Below, piece by piece: positions 1-10,219 of a stretch of 64,000 nt of DNA; positions within the stretch are counted from its first letter, which is position 1, and each line of letters begins with the position of its first letter. The notes under the pieces are model-generated. The model was not told the DNA's origin. It ran no database searches and saw only the letters and a list, made by a program, of their open reading frames with translations. The position numbers were made by a program, and so were the translations under genes. The stretch lies in NCBI GenBank assembly GCA_026415355.1, contig JAOAHF010000001.1, positions 74,022 to 138,021 on the forward strand, read 5' to 3'. The DNA is from Brevinematales bacterium. Its GTDB lineage: Bacteria > Spirochaetota > Brevinematia > DTOW01.

Positions 1-335
1 TATCTAGGGTTAGAGAGTTTTATAGTAGGCGAGGTGAAAAGTTTTTGGATAGAATTTTGACTGAGAGAGAAAAAGAATATGTGATGAAACACGAAAAGTT
101 TTTACTAAATCTTGCTGGTAGGTTTGCTGGTAAAGAGGCGTTTTTCAAGGCACTAGGGACTGGTATCATAAATTTTAAAGAAGTTGAAATATTAAATGAT
201 TCATCTGGAAAGCCTTATATAAACTTGTACGGTAAAACCAAGGATGTTTTTGAAAGTCTTAATGTAAAGAGTTTTGATATTTCAATATCTCATACAGAAC
301 TCGCAGCAGTATCAGTTGTGGTTTTTGAGATATAG
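1..335 (+). CDS. acpS: holo-[acyl-carrier-protein] synthase (4'-phosphopantetheinyl transferase), 5'-truncated by window edge
   Basis: Frame 3 is open from the window start. Translation ...RVREFYSRRGEKFLDRILTEREKEYV...GKEAFFKALGTGI...SGKPYINL...ISISHTELAAVSVVVFE matches the AcpS family pattern (RFAAKEA(F/L)xKALGTG and a C-terminal SISH-like motif). The ORF-track M at 45 is internal. Confidence 0.6.
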   Translation, partial: SRVREFYSRRGEKFLDRILTEREKEYVMKHEKFLLNLAGRFAGKEAFFKALGTGIINFKEVEILNDSSGKPYINLYGKTKDVFESLNVKSFDISISHTELAAVSVVVFEI

Positions 336-2180
336 TTACTCTACTGTAACGCTTTTGGCTAAATTTCTTGGTTTATCAACGTCAAGTCCTTTCGTTGTTG
401 CTACATAATAGGCAAATAGTTGTAGTGGTATTACGTTTATTATTGGTGAAAGTGGTTCGATAACATAGGGTACTGGTATAATGTAGTCTGTTATTTTTGA
501 AACTTCATTGTCATTTTCGTTGACGATTGCTATGACTTTGCCGTTTCTTGCTTTTATTTCCTGGATGTTACTTATTATTTTTTCGTATAGTGAGCCCTTT
601 GTAGCTATTACTACCACTGGCATATTTTCGTCGATTAATGCTATTGGGCCGTGTTTCATTTCGGCTGCTGGATATCCTTCTGCATGTATATATGATATTT
701 CTTTTAGTTTTAGAGCTCCTTCGAGTGCTATGGGGTAGTTGTAGTGTCTTCCAAGGTAAAGGAAATTTCTACTCTTGTAGAATTCTTGTGCTAATTCTTT
801 TGTTATCTTATCTGAGGTATTTAGAGTATATTCAACCAGTTCTGGTAGTTTTTTGAGTCCAGATACTATTTCTTTACCTTCAAAAATGCTAAGTCTCTTT
901 TTACGGCCTACTAATACACTAATCATGGTGAGGGCAACTAACATGTTTGTAAAAGCTTTAGTTGAAGCAACACCTATTTCAGGACCTGAGTGTATATATA
1001 TTCCTGTTCCTGCTTCTCTTGCTATTGTACTTCCGACAACATTTACAACACCCATTACTATAGCTCCTTTTCTTTTTGCTTCTTTGAGAGCTTCAAGTGT
1101 ATCCATGGTTTCTCCAGATTGAGTTATTGCCACTACAATGTCTCTAGGACCTACGATTGGGTTTCTGTACCTAAATTCTGAAGCATAGTCTACTTCAGAT
1201 ATCGTTCCTCCTATGTTTTCCATTAGATATTTACCAACTAGTCCTGCATGGTACGCCGTGCCACAACCTATAAAAACAAACTTTCTTATTTTATGTACTA
1301 TCCCTTCGATTTTAGATATGCCACCGAGTTTTACACTACCATCATCTTCTAAAAGTCTACCTCTTATACAATTTTCAATTGCTGTTGGCTGCTCGAATAT
1401 TTCTTTTAACATATAGTGAGGGTAGCCTTTTTTGTTAAGTTGTTCTACTTCCCAATCTATTACAAATATGTCTTTTTTTATATCTTTACCAGTGAAATTC
1501 TTTGTTATTATACTATCTTTTTTGATTATTGCTATTTCTCCATCATCCAGGTATATAACATTTCTAGTATGTTTTACTATGGCATTTATGTCAGATGCTA
1601 CTATACTTTCATTATCTCCTATACCTATAACTATAGGGCTACCTTTTCTGACAGCTATTATCTTATCTGTTTCATCTATATAAGATACAACTAATCCGAA
1701 GGTACCGTTTAGTTCGCTTACTGCAAGTATAACTGCGTCTTCAAAAGAATTTCCTTCTTTCATGTGTTCTTCTATAAGATTTACTATTACTTCAGTATCT
1801 GTTTGACTATAGAATCTGTAGCCTTTCTTAATAAGCATTTCTTTGAGTAATGTGTAGTTTTCTATTATTCCATTGTGTACTAATACTACCTTGCCGTTAT
1901 TGCTGATGTGTGGGTGTGCATTTGGGACAGTAACCCCGCCGTGTGTTGCCCACCTAGTATGTCCTATCGATAAAGGTTTAATGTTTGAAATATCAATATT
2001 CTTAAGTTTCTCTTCTAAATTTGATATTCTGCCTACTTCTTTGTAGAGTTCATATTTACTATCCCTTATAAAACATAGACCTGCTGAGTCGTATCCCCTA
2101 TATTCGAGTTGTTTAAGCCCTTCTATAACAACTTCAACAGGATTTGATTTATCTCCTACATATCCTACTATCCCACACAT
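336..2180 (-). CDS. glmS: glutamine--fructose-6-phosphate aminotransferase (isomerising)
   Basis: The mature N-terminus MCGIVGYVG carries the Ntn-Cys1 glutaminase motif, followed by two SIS domains and a C-terminal ...KPRNLAKSVTVE. The start was moved to the Met preceding Cys (ATG at 2180, RBS AGAGGT upstream). The ORF-track M at 2213 is an 11-aa upstream extension. Confidence 0.95.
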   Translation of the reverse strand: MCGIVGYVGDKSNPVEVVIEGLKQLEYRGYDSAGLCFIRDSKYELYKEVGRISNLEEKLKNIDISNIKPLSIGHTRWATHGGVTVPNAHPHISNNGKVVLVHNGIIENYTLLKEMLIKKGYRFYSQTDTEVIVNLIEEHMKEGNSFEDAVILAVSELNGTFGLVVSYIDETDKIIAVRKGSPIVIGIGDNESIVASDINAIVKHTRNVIYLDDGEIAIIKKDSIITKNFTGKDIKKDIFVIDWEVEQLNKKGYPHYMLKEIFEQPTAIENCIRGRLLEDDGSVKLGGISKIEGIVHKIRKFVFIGCGTAYHAGLVGKYLMENIGGTISEVDYASEFRYRNPIVGPRDIVVAITQSGETMDTLEALKEAKRKGAIVMGVVNVVGSTIAREAGTGIYIHSGPEIGVASTKAFTNMLVALTMISVLVGRKKRLSIFEGKEIVSGLKKLPELVEYTLNTSDKITKELAQEFYKSRNFLYLGRHYNYPIALEGALKLKEISYIHAEGYPAAEMKHGPIALIDENMPVVVIATKGSLYEKIISNIQEIKARNGKVIAIVNENDNEVSKITDYIIPVPYVIEPLSPIINVIPLQLFAYYVATTKGLDVDKPRNLAKSVTVE

Positions 2181-2236
2181 AAGTCTAACCTCTGGCTTTA
2201 CTAACATTATCAATGATATACTTTTTGTATATCCAA

Positions 2237-3679
2237 TTACCTTCTAAAAATCCACTTTAATCCTAAAATTAATATTACTCCAACCATGATAAACCAAAAA
2301 GATGAAATATCTATCTTTAAAGTATCAAGTACTGTTGTTGAATAGTTTTTTTTGATCTTGTTGATAAACTGTTTCGATACTTCTTCGTAGTATATACTAT
2401 TTTCTGTTGGTTTTGTGCTTCCACTAAAAGCACTCTCTTGAAGTACTATTTTGTCATTACTATGATTCTCTTTCAATAAGAATTTACATAGCTCGCTGAA
2501 AAGATCAAAGAAAAAAGTAGAATAAATACCAACCTTTATGTTCTCAATATCAACTTTCGATACGTCTTCGATCAAAACTAGTATAAATTCTCTCTCTAGA
2601 TAGTTGAAGTAGATAACTATTCCAGAATTGTCTAAGGGTATAACTTCGCTTGGAATTTTTGGAAAACTGTACTTAAAAGCATTATCAATCAAAACAGGGT
2701 AGTCGAAGTCTATATCAATAATGCCGAGTTTTTGATTGTAAGTGAAGTCTTCTGATGATAGTTTCATGTTTCTGATTTTTGAGAAGGATATTATATTTTT
2801 GATGAACTCTTCATCGGGTGATATCACTAATATTCTACTATTTTCATCAGTTTGTTTTATTATTTCTTCTATGTTTATGTTTTTGCCTTTTGGGTAGCCG
2901 ATGATGAGATTTTTGAACTTGTTGGTTATCCTGAGAGGATTTTCTTTTCTTATGTTGGCAAATAATTCATATTTATATCCTAGCGTTTTGAGTACTCCTA
3001 CTATATTTTTAAGATCTCTGTTTAATTCGAACCAAAAAATACCAACAGAAGCTATGTTTGGTAGTTTATAGGCTATATTTGTGTTGAGTGATGAGATTAT
3101 GAATTCTTCAGGTAGAGATGATGTTTGAATTAGATGTTGTTTTTTGTATTCTTTGTATAATGAAGATCTTTTTGTTTTATCTAAAATTCTGATTTCGGAA
3201 ATGGCTATCATATCTATTGTCAAGTATTCAACTTGCCCTATGTTTGTAGTGTAGATCTCTTTTATTAGGTGGTTAGTTTGGAGGCTATTGCCTATGTGGA
3301 TAAACATTATATTGCTTTTGGATTTTATCTCATTTGGTATTTCAAATAAGAAGTCAGATAAAATAAGGTAAAAGTCTTTTTCGTTGAGATTTGCGAAATC
3401 GTCTTCTTTGTTGTAAGGAATTCCAAACTTTCTTATGAAGTCAAACTCTAGCTTTGTTAGTTTGGTTTCAATAGGTTTAACTTTATCTTTTGAACTTTCG
3501 GAATAATCAACCATTAATACAACGTTAGGTTCTTTTGGAGTTAGAATATTGATATTCATGACAAAAGGTATTGAAACGAGAAACATTAATCCGATTATAA
3601 TGGCATACAAAAATTCTTTTTTTAGTAATAAAAATACTACGGTGGTTATGAGTACTATGATAGCTATTATTGTAACCAT
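2237..3679 (-). CDS. hypothetical membrane-anchored protein (two N-terminal TM segments, one C-terminal TM)
   Basis: 480-aa ORF with RBS AAGGA before the ATG and hydrophobic N-terminal and C-terminal segments. A DYSES (DxSxS-like) motif directly follows the N-terminal TM hairpin, and I recognise no other conserved domain. It sits in the same orientation between valS and glmS. Confidence 0.5.
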   Translation of the reverse strand: MVTIIAIIVLITTVVFLLLKKEFLYAIIIGLMFLVSIPFVMNINILTPKEPNVVLMVDYSESSKDKVKPIETKLTKLEFDFIRKFGIPYNKEDDFANLNEKDFYLILSDFLFEIPNEIKSKSNIMFIHIGNSLQTNHLIKEIYTTNIGQVEYLTIDMIAISEIRILDKTKRSSLYKEYKKQHLIQTSSLPEEFIISSLNTNIAYKLPNIASVGIFWFELNRDLKNIVGVLKTLGYKYELFANIRKENPLRITNKFKNLIIGYPKGKNINIEEIIKQTDENSRILVISPDEEFIKNIISFSKIRNMKLSSEDFTYNQKLGIIDIDFDYPVLIDNAFKYSFPKIPSEVIPLDNSGIVIYFNYLEREFILVLIEDVSKVDIENIKVGIYSTFFFDLFSELCKFLLKENHSNDKIVLQESAFSGSTKPTENSIYYEEVSKQFINKIKKNYSTTVLDTLKIDISSFWFIMVGVILILGLKWIFRR

Positions 3680-3698
3680 GTTAAAATGATCCTTGGTG

Positions 3699-6677
3699 TT
3701 ATATTTTCTCTATTATTTCTTCCATTTCTTTTATCATTTTTGAAAATTGTCTTTGTTTTTCTTTCTCATCTTCGATAACTTCTTGAGGAGCTCTTTCTAT
3801 GAAGTCTTTGTTTGATAGTTTTGCTTCAATAGAGGATAGTATTCCTTTTAGTCTATTTATTTCCTTGACTATTCTACTTTTTTCTTTTTCTACTTCCACC
3901 AAACCATTAACTGGTATTAGTACAGAAGTAAATCTACCGACTGCTCCTGCTTCTCCAAAGTTTTTGGTCATTTTCCCTACATCAAGGATATTTCTTGTCT
4001 TTGATAGTTTCTTTACTATGTTAGCAAATATTTCATTAGACATAATAGATTTTACTTTGTTTTCAAACTCTGGTAGGTTAATGCTTATCCTGATATCAAC
4101 TTCTTCAGATGGTTTTATGTTGAGTATACCTCTTATTTGCCTTATGTTGTATACAATTTCTTTTAAGATTTCAAATGTTTCTTCTGCTTGAGCGTTTTCT
4201 AGCTTTGAGTTAGGCTGTGGGTAAGAAGAAACTATAAGATACTCTTTATCTTTTAATTCTTGAGGTATTTCTTTGTATATTCTTTCGGTTATGAATGGCA
4301 TGATAGGATGTAGAAGCTTCAAAAATCCCACAAGGATGTTCAGGAGTACTGAGATAGTTATATCTTTTTTATCTGTTGTTAGCTTTACTTTGGATATTTC
4401 TATGTACCAATCGCAGAAATTATCCCAGAAAAATTCATGGAGTATTGATGCTATATCACTTAATCTGTATTCTTCAAATGCTTTTTTAACTTTTGAGACA
4501 ATTGTGTTGAATAGAGATATTATCCATTTATCAACAGCGTCAAGATCTTGGTTGAGTAGTTCTTCTAGTGAATAGATTTCTTTGATTTGTGATTTTAGAT
4601 TTTCGTAATTTGTTAGTATAAATCTTGAGGCGTTCCATATTTTGTTTGCGAATTTTGAACCTATCTTAAATTTTTCTATGGAGAGTCTTAAGTTTTGTCC
4701 TATTGGTGCGAGAAATACTGAAGTGAATCTAAGTGCATCTGCACCATACTCTTTTATGACGTCGAGAGGATCAATGCCATTACCTAGTGATTTACTCATT
4801 TTCCTTCCTTTTTCATCGAGTACTGCTCCATGTAGGTAAATATCAGTAAATGGTTTTTCTCCGAGAAATACGTATCCGGCCATTATCATCCTGGCAACCC
4901 AGAAAAAAAGTATATCTGCTCCTGTGACTAACACATCTGTTGGATAGTATCTTTCGAGTTCTTTTGTTTTGTTAGGCCACCCAAGTGTGGAAAATGGCCA
5001 TAACCAAGAGGAAAACCATGTATCCAAAACATCTCCATCTCTTTTTAGATTTATGCTACCTGTTTTCTTATCTTTTATTGCAATTGTATATTTTTCACCA
5101 ATTCTTCTTAGAAAACCTTTATTTTTATCTTGAACGTTTTCTTCGAAGTAGGATTTTAATTTAGAAGGATCATCCAGAATAGATAGATCATCATTTAGGG
5201 TAATTTTATCTTTATGAATTTCAAGGTAAACTTCTTTTGTTGTTCTCTTTTTAGGTTTGTTTGCGTCGACTATTGAGTCAGATTTTAGTACTTCAGTGAC
5301 CTCTTCAGGTGTAAATATTTCACTTATTCTAGAAGATATCCAAAGATCAAAGATTATATAAAATATTACAGGATATTTACCTTTGTCATCGAAGTCGTTA
5401 TATTCAAATACGTTTATGTTACCTTCTTCAGAATACCAGACAGGTATTCTATGTCCCCACCATATTTGTCTAGAAATACACCAATCTTTCACATTATAAA
5501 GCCAATTCAAATAGACTTTTTTCCATCTTTCTGGAAAGAATCTTATTTTTCCTTCTTCAGCTGCTTTTATAGCAGGTTCAGCGAGTGGTTTCATTTTAAC
5601 AAACCATTGTTTCGAAACTTTTGGCTCTATTATTGTGTTGCATCTGTAACAGTGACCTACTGAGTGTTTGTAAGGTTCTGTTTTTTCAAGCAATCCTAGT
5701 GTTTCTAAGTCATTCACTATGACTTTTCTAGCTTCAAACCTATCGAGATTTCTGTACTTTTCGGGTACGTTGTCGTTAAGAGTGGCATCATCATTAAATA
5801 TGTTAATAATGGGTAGATTATATTTTTTACCAATTTCAAAGTCATTGGGATCATGTCCTGGTGTTATTTTCAAACATCCGGTTCCAAATTCCATATCAAC
5901 ATATTCATCTGATATTAGAGGTATCTCTCTATTTACAAGTGGTAGAATGACTTTCTTACCTATAAGGTGTTTATATCTTTTATCGTTGGGATTTACTGCT
6001 ATGGCTGTATCTCCAAGCATTGTTTCAGGTCTTGTAGTAGCTACTACTATATATTCTCCATTACTATTTGATATTGGATATCTTATATGCCATAAGTTAC
6101 TTGATTTTTCTTCATATTCAACTTCGTCATCTGCTAGAGCAGTGCTACATCTAGGGCACCAATTAATTATATATTCTCCTCTGTAGACTAATCCCTTCTT
6201 GTAAAGAGAAACAAAAGCTTCTAATACTGCTCTAGAAAGTCCTTCATCCATCGTAAATCTTTCATAATTCCAATCACAGGATGCTCCTATTCTTTTAAGT
6301 TGCTTTATTATAGTAGCTCCGTGTTCTTCTTTCCATTTCCAAACTTCTTTTATGAATTCTTCTCTACCTAAGTCAAATCTTGTTTTTCCTACTTTTGCTA
6401 ATTTTTTCTCTACTACATTTTGTGTTGCTATACCTGCATGATCTGTTCCAGGTACCCATAAAGAGTCGTATCCACACATTCTCTTATACCTTATAAGTAC
6501 ATCTTGAATGGTATTATTAAGGCCGTGTCCCATGTGTAGTACACTTGTTACGTTTGGGGGTGGTATCATTATGCAGAATTTATCACCACTACCTTTTGAG
6601 CTATAAAGCCCTTTTGATAGATATTCTTCTAGAATCTTTTCTTCAAAGCTCTGTGGTATATATGTTTCTTCAAGCAT
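3699..6677 (-). CDS. valS: valine--tRNA ligase
   Basis: Class I aaRS motifs HMGH (PPPNVTSVLHMGHGLNN) and KMSKS (GRKMSKSLGNGIDP), plus LWVPGTDHAGIATQ, WCISRQIWWGHRIP and the C-terminal coiled coil typical of ValS. RBS GAGGGAG. Contains a roughly 100-aa extra insertion between WWGHRIPVWY and DVLDTWFSS. Confidence 0.95.
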   Translation of the reverse strand: MLEETYIPQSFEEKILEEYLSKGLYSSKGSGDKFCIMIPPPNVTSVLHMGHGLNNTIQDVLIRYKRMCGYDSLWVPGTDHAGIATQNVVEKKLAKVGKTRFDLGREEFIKEVWKWKEEHGATIIKQLKRIGASCDWNYERFTMDEGLSRAVLEAFVSLYKKGLVYRGEYIINWCPRCSTALADDEVEYEEKSSNLWHIRYPISNSNGEYIVVATTRPETMLGDTAIAVNPNDKRYKHLIGKKVILPLVNREIPLISDEYVDMEFGTGCLKITPGHDPNDFEIGKKYNLPIINIFNDDATLNDNVPEKYRNLDRFEARKVIVNDLETLGLLEKTEPYKHSVGHCYRCNTIIEPKVSKQWFVKMKPLAEPAIKAAEEGKIRFFPERWKKVYLNWLYNVKDWCISRQIWWGHRIPVWYSEEGNINVFEYNDFDDKGKYPVIFYIIFDLWISSRISEIFTPEEVTEVLKSDSIVDANKPKKRTTKEVYLEIHKDKITLNDDLSILDDPSKLKSYFEENVQDKNKGFLRRIGEKYTIAIKDKKTGSINLKRDGDVLDTWFSSWLWPFSTLGWPNKTKELERYYPTDVLVTGADILFFWVARMIMAGYVFLGEKPFTDIYLHGAVLDEKGRKMSKSLGNGIDPLDVIKEYGADALRFTSVFLAPIGQNLRLSIEKFKIGSKFANKIWNASRFILTNYENLKSQIKEIYSLEELLNQDLDAVDKWIISLFNTIVSKVKKAFEEYRLSDIASILHEFFWDNFCDWYIEISKVKLTTDKKDITISVLLNILVGFLKLLHPIMPFITERIYKEIPQELKDKEYLIVSSYPQPNSKLENAQAEETFEILKEIVYNIRQIRGILNIKPSEEVDIRISINLPEFENKVKSIMSNEIFANIVKKLSKTRNILDVGKMTKNFGEAGAVGRFTSVLIPVNGLVEVEKEKSRIVKEINRLKGILSSIEAKLSNKDFIERAPQEVIEDEKEKQRQFSKMIKEMEEIIEKI

Positions 6678-6869
6678 AGATTTACTCCCTCACTGGTTAA
6701 TTATAAATATTAGTAGCGCTTAGACTGAAGTTTGTAAAATGTTTTAGTGGCCTATGAAATTATCGAAAGATATAATAAAATTTATTTTTGATTGGCTATT
6801 TTTCTTTTTCAAAACAACTTGAAAGAATACGAATTTACTAGTTATACTTAACTTCAACCTGAAGGAACG

Positions 6870-7721
6870 ATGATGAAAGAACCTAAGCCGAAAAAGACTT
6901 TTAAAGAAGTAGTTTTAGAGAACCTTAGAGTTATAGGAGAAGCTTACGTTATAGCATTTGTGATTAGACTGCTTTTACTTGAAGCATTTGCTATACCAAC
7001 AGGTTCTATGGTACCAACAATAATGGTAGGTGATAGGATAATAGTTATCAAACCAACTTATGGTATAAACTTTCCTATAGTTAATTTAAAAACTCCTGGT
7101 TTTTACAAACCAGAGAGAGGGGATATAATAGTTTTTAAGAATCCAACTTATCGATCGCCAGGATTCTTAAGAGAACTTATAACTCTTATGACATTTTCTC
7201 TTGTTAATGTTGATAATGAACCTAAGTACTTTGTAAAAAGGGTTATAGGTCTTCCGGGAGATAGTATAGATATAATAAGTAACCGTGTTTATGTGAATGG
7301 TGTGCCATTAAATTTAGAGTTTATTGATAATCAAAACGGGTGGAGTTACTTTAGAGAGTATTTTAACAATCAGAGTTGGGTTATAAAGATAAGACGTGAA
7401 GTTATGTTTGATGATGGAGTTGTTAGAAATTTTCATATCTCAAATCTATACTATTTGTATGATAGTGATACTAGGTTAGCTTTGATGTCGCAAGGTGTGC
7501 CTGAAGTTTACTTACCTAATCTGGAATACTTTAAGAATGATATAGATAAGATTAAAGAATCTCTTAAGAGTAATAGGATACCTGAAGGTTACTATTTTGC
7601 TATGGGGGATAATAGAGACGAGAGTAGTGATAGTAGATATTGGGGATTAGTACCTGAGAGTTTACTTGTTGGTAAAGGAGTGTTTAGATTTTGGCCTATT
7701 AATAGAGTAGGTGGCTTATAG
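6870..7721 (+). CDS. lepB: signal peptidase I
   Basis: S26 family motifs: N-terminal TM anchor, GSMVPTI (Ser nucleophile region), GDNRDESSDSRYWG box. RBS GAAGGAA. The true start may be the second ATG at 6873. Confidence 0.9.
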   Translation: MMKEPKPKKTFKEVVLENLRVIGEAYVIAFVIRLLLLEAFAIPTGSMVPTIMVGDRIIVIKPTYGINFPIVNLKTPGFYKPERGDIIVFKNPTYRSPGFLRELITLMTFSLVNVDNEPKYFVKRVIGLPGDSIDIISNRVYVNGVPLNLEFIDNQNGWSYFREYFNNQSWVIKIRREVMFDDGVVRNFHISNLYYLYDSDTRLALMSQGVPEVYLPNLEYFKNDIDKIKESLKSNRIPEGYYFAMGDNRDESSDSRYWGLVPESLLVGKGVFRFWPINRVGGL

Positions 7722-7816
7722 GTACAGAATCAAAAGTAGTCTTGGTCATGTCATTTAACTGATTTATTGAAAAACCTTTTCCTTTCATTGATAATCAAGG
7801 CTGACGGAGGTTTTTT

Positions 7817-10057
7817 ATGGAAGGTAAGATAACACTACCGCAGTTTGGCCCCGTTGAATGGGGGATACTATTTTTTGTTCTTGCTAGTTCTATTGTTGCT
7901 CTAGTGTATGGATTATTTCTTGTAAGGTATGTTATAAGGGTTAATGTAGATGATAAAAAAATGCTAGAAGTATCTTCTGCTATAGAAGAAGGTGCTATGG
8001 CGTATTTGAGAAGACAGTTCAATACAATGATATGGTTTATCATAGGTTTGATGATTGTTCTATTTTTTGTATATAGCACTGTATATACTGATATTAGATT
8101 ACCTTTGGGTATAGCTATTGCATTTTTGATGGGAGTTTTTGCTTCATATGGTGCTGGTTTTGTTGGGATGTGGCTTTCCGTTAAAGCTAATGTTAGGACT
8201 GCTTATACTGCTTTGACAAAAAGTTTTTCTGACGCTTTAAAAGTTTCTTTTAGGGCTGGAGCAGTTTCTGGAATGTTTACGTTGGGATTTGGCTTATTGG
8301 GTGCTACTATAATCTTTATGGCGTTCAGGGAAGAAGCAATGAAGGTTTTGGTTGGTTTTGGATTTGGTGCTGCACTTGCTGCTCTATTTATGAGGGTAGG
8401 TGGTGGAATTTATACAAAGGCTGCTGATGTTGGAGCAGATCTTGTAGGTAAAGTAGAAAAAGGTATTCCTGAAGATGATCCAAGAAATGCTGCAACTATT
8501 GCTGATAATGTAGGAGATAATGTCGGAGATTGTGCAGGTATGACTGCTGATGTCTTTGAGTCTTATGAAGTTACGTTGGTTGCTGCAATAATACTTGCTG
8601 CAGCAACATTGCTTGATCCTGTGTTTACACAAACTTATGGACAAAATGCTGAAATGTTTGCTCTTAAGCTTATAATGTTTCCACTCATACTTAGAGCAAT
8701 AGGTGTTTTTTCATCAATGGTTGGGGTTTGGAGTGTCAGAATGAAGGAAGATGAGCAAGATCCGATGAGAGGTATAAATAGAGGCTATATAGTGTCATCT
8801 ATACTCTCTATTATAGGTTTTGCTATTGTGATATATTTCTACATAATAGATCCTAATACGGGTCAACCTGATTTTAGATTTCTCATACCACCTTCAATAG
8901 GTATTTTCCTTGCTGTTGTTACGATGTGGTTGACAGATTACTTTACTCATCCTGATAAGAAGCCTGCTACTGAGGTTTCCTATTCTAGTAAAACAGGGCC
9001 TGCTACGGTAATACTGACAGGTATGGGTGTTGGTCTTGAGTCAACTGTTTGGGCTATAGTTGTTATAGCGGGTACTATAGGTGGAGCATTATTGGTATTT
9101 CCAGATAATCTTTCCCTTGCAGCATATAGTATCGCATTGACTGGTTTAGGACTTCTAACAACAACAGGATACATACTTGCCATGGATACTTATGGGCCTA
9201 TAACAGATAATGCTCATGGTATATTTGAGATGTCAGGTGTTAAAGATCAAAAAGCAAGTAAAGTGCTCGATAGAATGGATGCTATTGGTAATACTACAAA
9301 AGCATTAACTAAAGGATTGGCAATTGCTACTGCTGTTATTGCAGCAATATCATTATTTAGGTCTTTTATAGATGAAGCACAACTGTTTTTGAAAGGTATA
9401 CAGATTAATTTACCAGATGTGTTTATAGGTCTTTTGATAGGTGGTGCTGTTCCATTTTTGTTTTCGTCATTTGCTATAAAGGCAGTTGGTAGAGCAGCAT
9501 TTTTGGTTGTCGAAGAAGTCAGAAGACAATTTAGAGAGAAACCAGGTATAATGGAATGGAAGGAAAAACCAGACTACGGTAAGACAGTAGATATTGTTAC
9601 TGCAGCAGCACAGAAAGAATTGATAGGGCCAGGTATACTAGCAATATTTTCACCAATACTAGTTGGGTTTTTACTAGGAGCACAAGCTCTTGGTGGATTT
9701 TTAGCAGGTGCGATATTAACGGGACAATTACTTGCGGTGTTTATGGCTAATTCAGGTGGTGTCTGGGATAATGCTAAGAAAAAGATAGAAGATGGTTTTC
9801 TTGGTGGTAAAGGAACTGATGAACATAAGGCAGCAGTTGTTGGTGATACTGTAGGAGATCCTTTCAAAGATACTGCAGGTCCTTCGCTTAATCCTCTTAT
9901 AAAGGTCATAAATCTTGTTTCACTGCTAATAGCGCCTGTTGTAATACTCGAGCTCTCAGTATGGTTGAAGCTTTCAATTGTAGTTTTTGCGATTATATTG
10001 CTAGGTATTGCAGTGATGTTGAGTAAAAGAGGAGCAATAACTGAAGAGAAGAAGTAG
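7817..10057 (+). CDS. hppA: membrane-bound proton-translocating pyrophosphatase (K+-independent type by GNTTKA motif)
   Basis: 746-aa polytopic protein with the V-PPase signatures GGGIYTKAADVGADLVGKVE, DNVGDNVGDCAGMTADVFESY and AIGNTTKALTKGLA. RBS GACGGAGG. Confidence 0.95.
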   Translation: MEGKITLPQFGPVEWGILFFVLASSIVALVYGLFLVRYVIRVNVDDKKMLEVSSAIEEGAMAYLRRQFNTMIWFIIGLMIVLFFVYSTVYTDIRLPLGIAIAFLMGVFASYGAGFVGMWLSVKANVRTAYTALTKSFSDALKVSFRAGAVSGMFTLGFGLLGATIIFMAFREEAMKVLVGFGFGAALAALFMRVGGGIYTKAADVGADLVGKVEKGIPEDDPRNAATIADNVGDNVGDCAGMTADVFESYEVTLVAAIILAAATLLDPVFTQTYGQNAEMFALKLIMFPLILRAIGVFSSMVGVWSVRMKEDEQDPMRGINRGYIVSSILSIIGFAIVIYFYIIDPNTGQPDFRFLIPPSIGIFLAVVTMWLTDYFTHPDKKPATEVSYSSKTGPATVILTGMGVGLESTVWAIVVIAGTIGGALLVFPDNLSLAAYSIALTGLGLLTTTGYILAMDTYGPITDNAHGIFEMSGVKDQKASKVLDRMDAIGNTTKALTKGLAIATAVIAAISLFRSFIDEAQLFLKGIQINLPDVFIGLLIGGAVPFLFSSFAIKAVGRAAFLVVEEVRRQFREKPGIMEWKEKPDYGKTVDIVTAAAQKELIGPGILAIFSPILVGFLLGAQALGGFLAGAILTGQLLAVFMANSGGVWDNAKKKIEDGFLGGKGTDEHKAAVVGDTVGDPFKDTAGPSLNPLIKVINLVSLLIAPVVILELSVWLKLSIVVFAIILLGIAVMLSKRGAITEEKK

Positions 10058-10062
10058 TTTTT

Positions 10063-10094
10063 AGCCCCCAAAAAAGGGGGCTTTAAGTTTTTTT
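10063..10094 (+). terminator. rho-independent terminator downstream of hppA
   Basis: Perfect hairpin AGCCCCC-AAAAAA-GGGGGCT, 6 nt after the hppA stop, followed by TTAAGTTTTTTT. Confidence 0.7.
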
Positions 10095-10219
10095 CAGGTT
10101 TATGTGGTTGTACTTTTTTATAGGTTGTTTCGGTATTTTACTTTTTTCTATTGTAAAATTATGTTTTCAGTACTCTGTAATTTTTAGTTTTTGATTGTTA
10201 AGTTACTTTTATTTTATTC

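Noticed and set aside
508-1694. Multiple plus-strand ORFs (508..738, 638..856, 853..1122, 990..1181, 1213..1416, 1416..1694) inside glmS
   Set aside because: They lie entirely antisense to a highly conserved glmS reading frame. Their translations are low-complexity and hydrophobic with no RBS. These are shadow ORFs typical of AT-rich DNA. The same applies to antisense ORFs inside valS, hppA, hslU, the helicase, por and other genes.
2181-2236. Looked for a glmS ribozyme upstream of glmS
   Set aside because: Only 56 nt separate the glmS start from the upstream gene's stop. That is too short for the roughly 170-nt ribozyme, and no conserved core sequence is visible.
6678-6869. Looked for a T-box leader upstream of valS
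   Set aside because: The divergent intergenic region is only 192 nt and lacks the T-box consensus (AATTAGGGTGGTACCGCG-like) and a specifier-loop structure.
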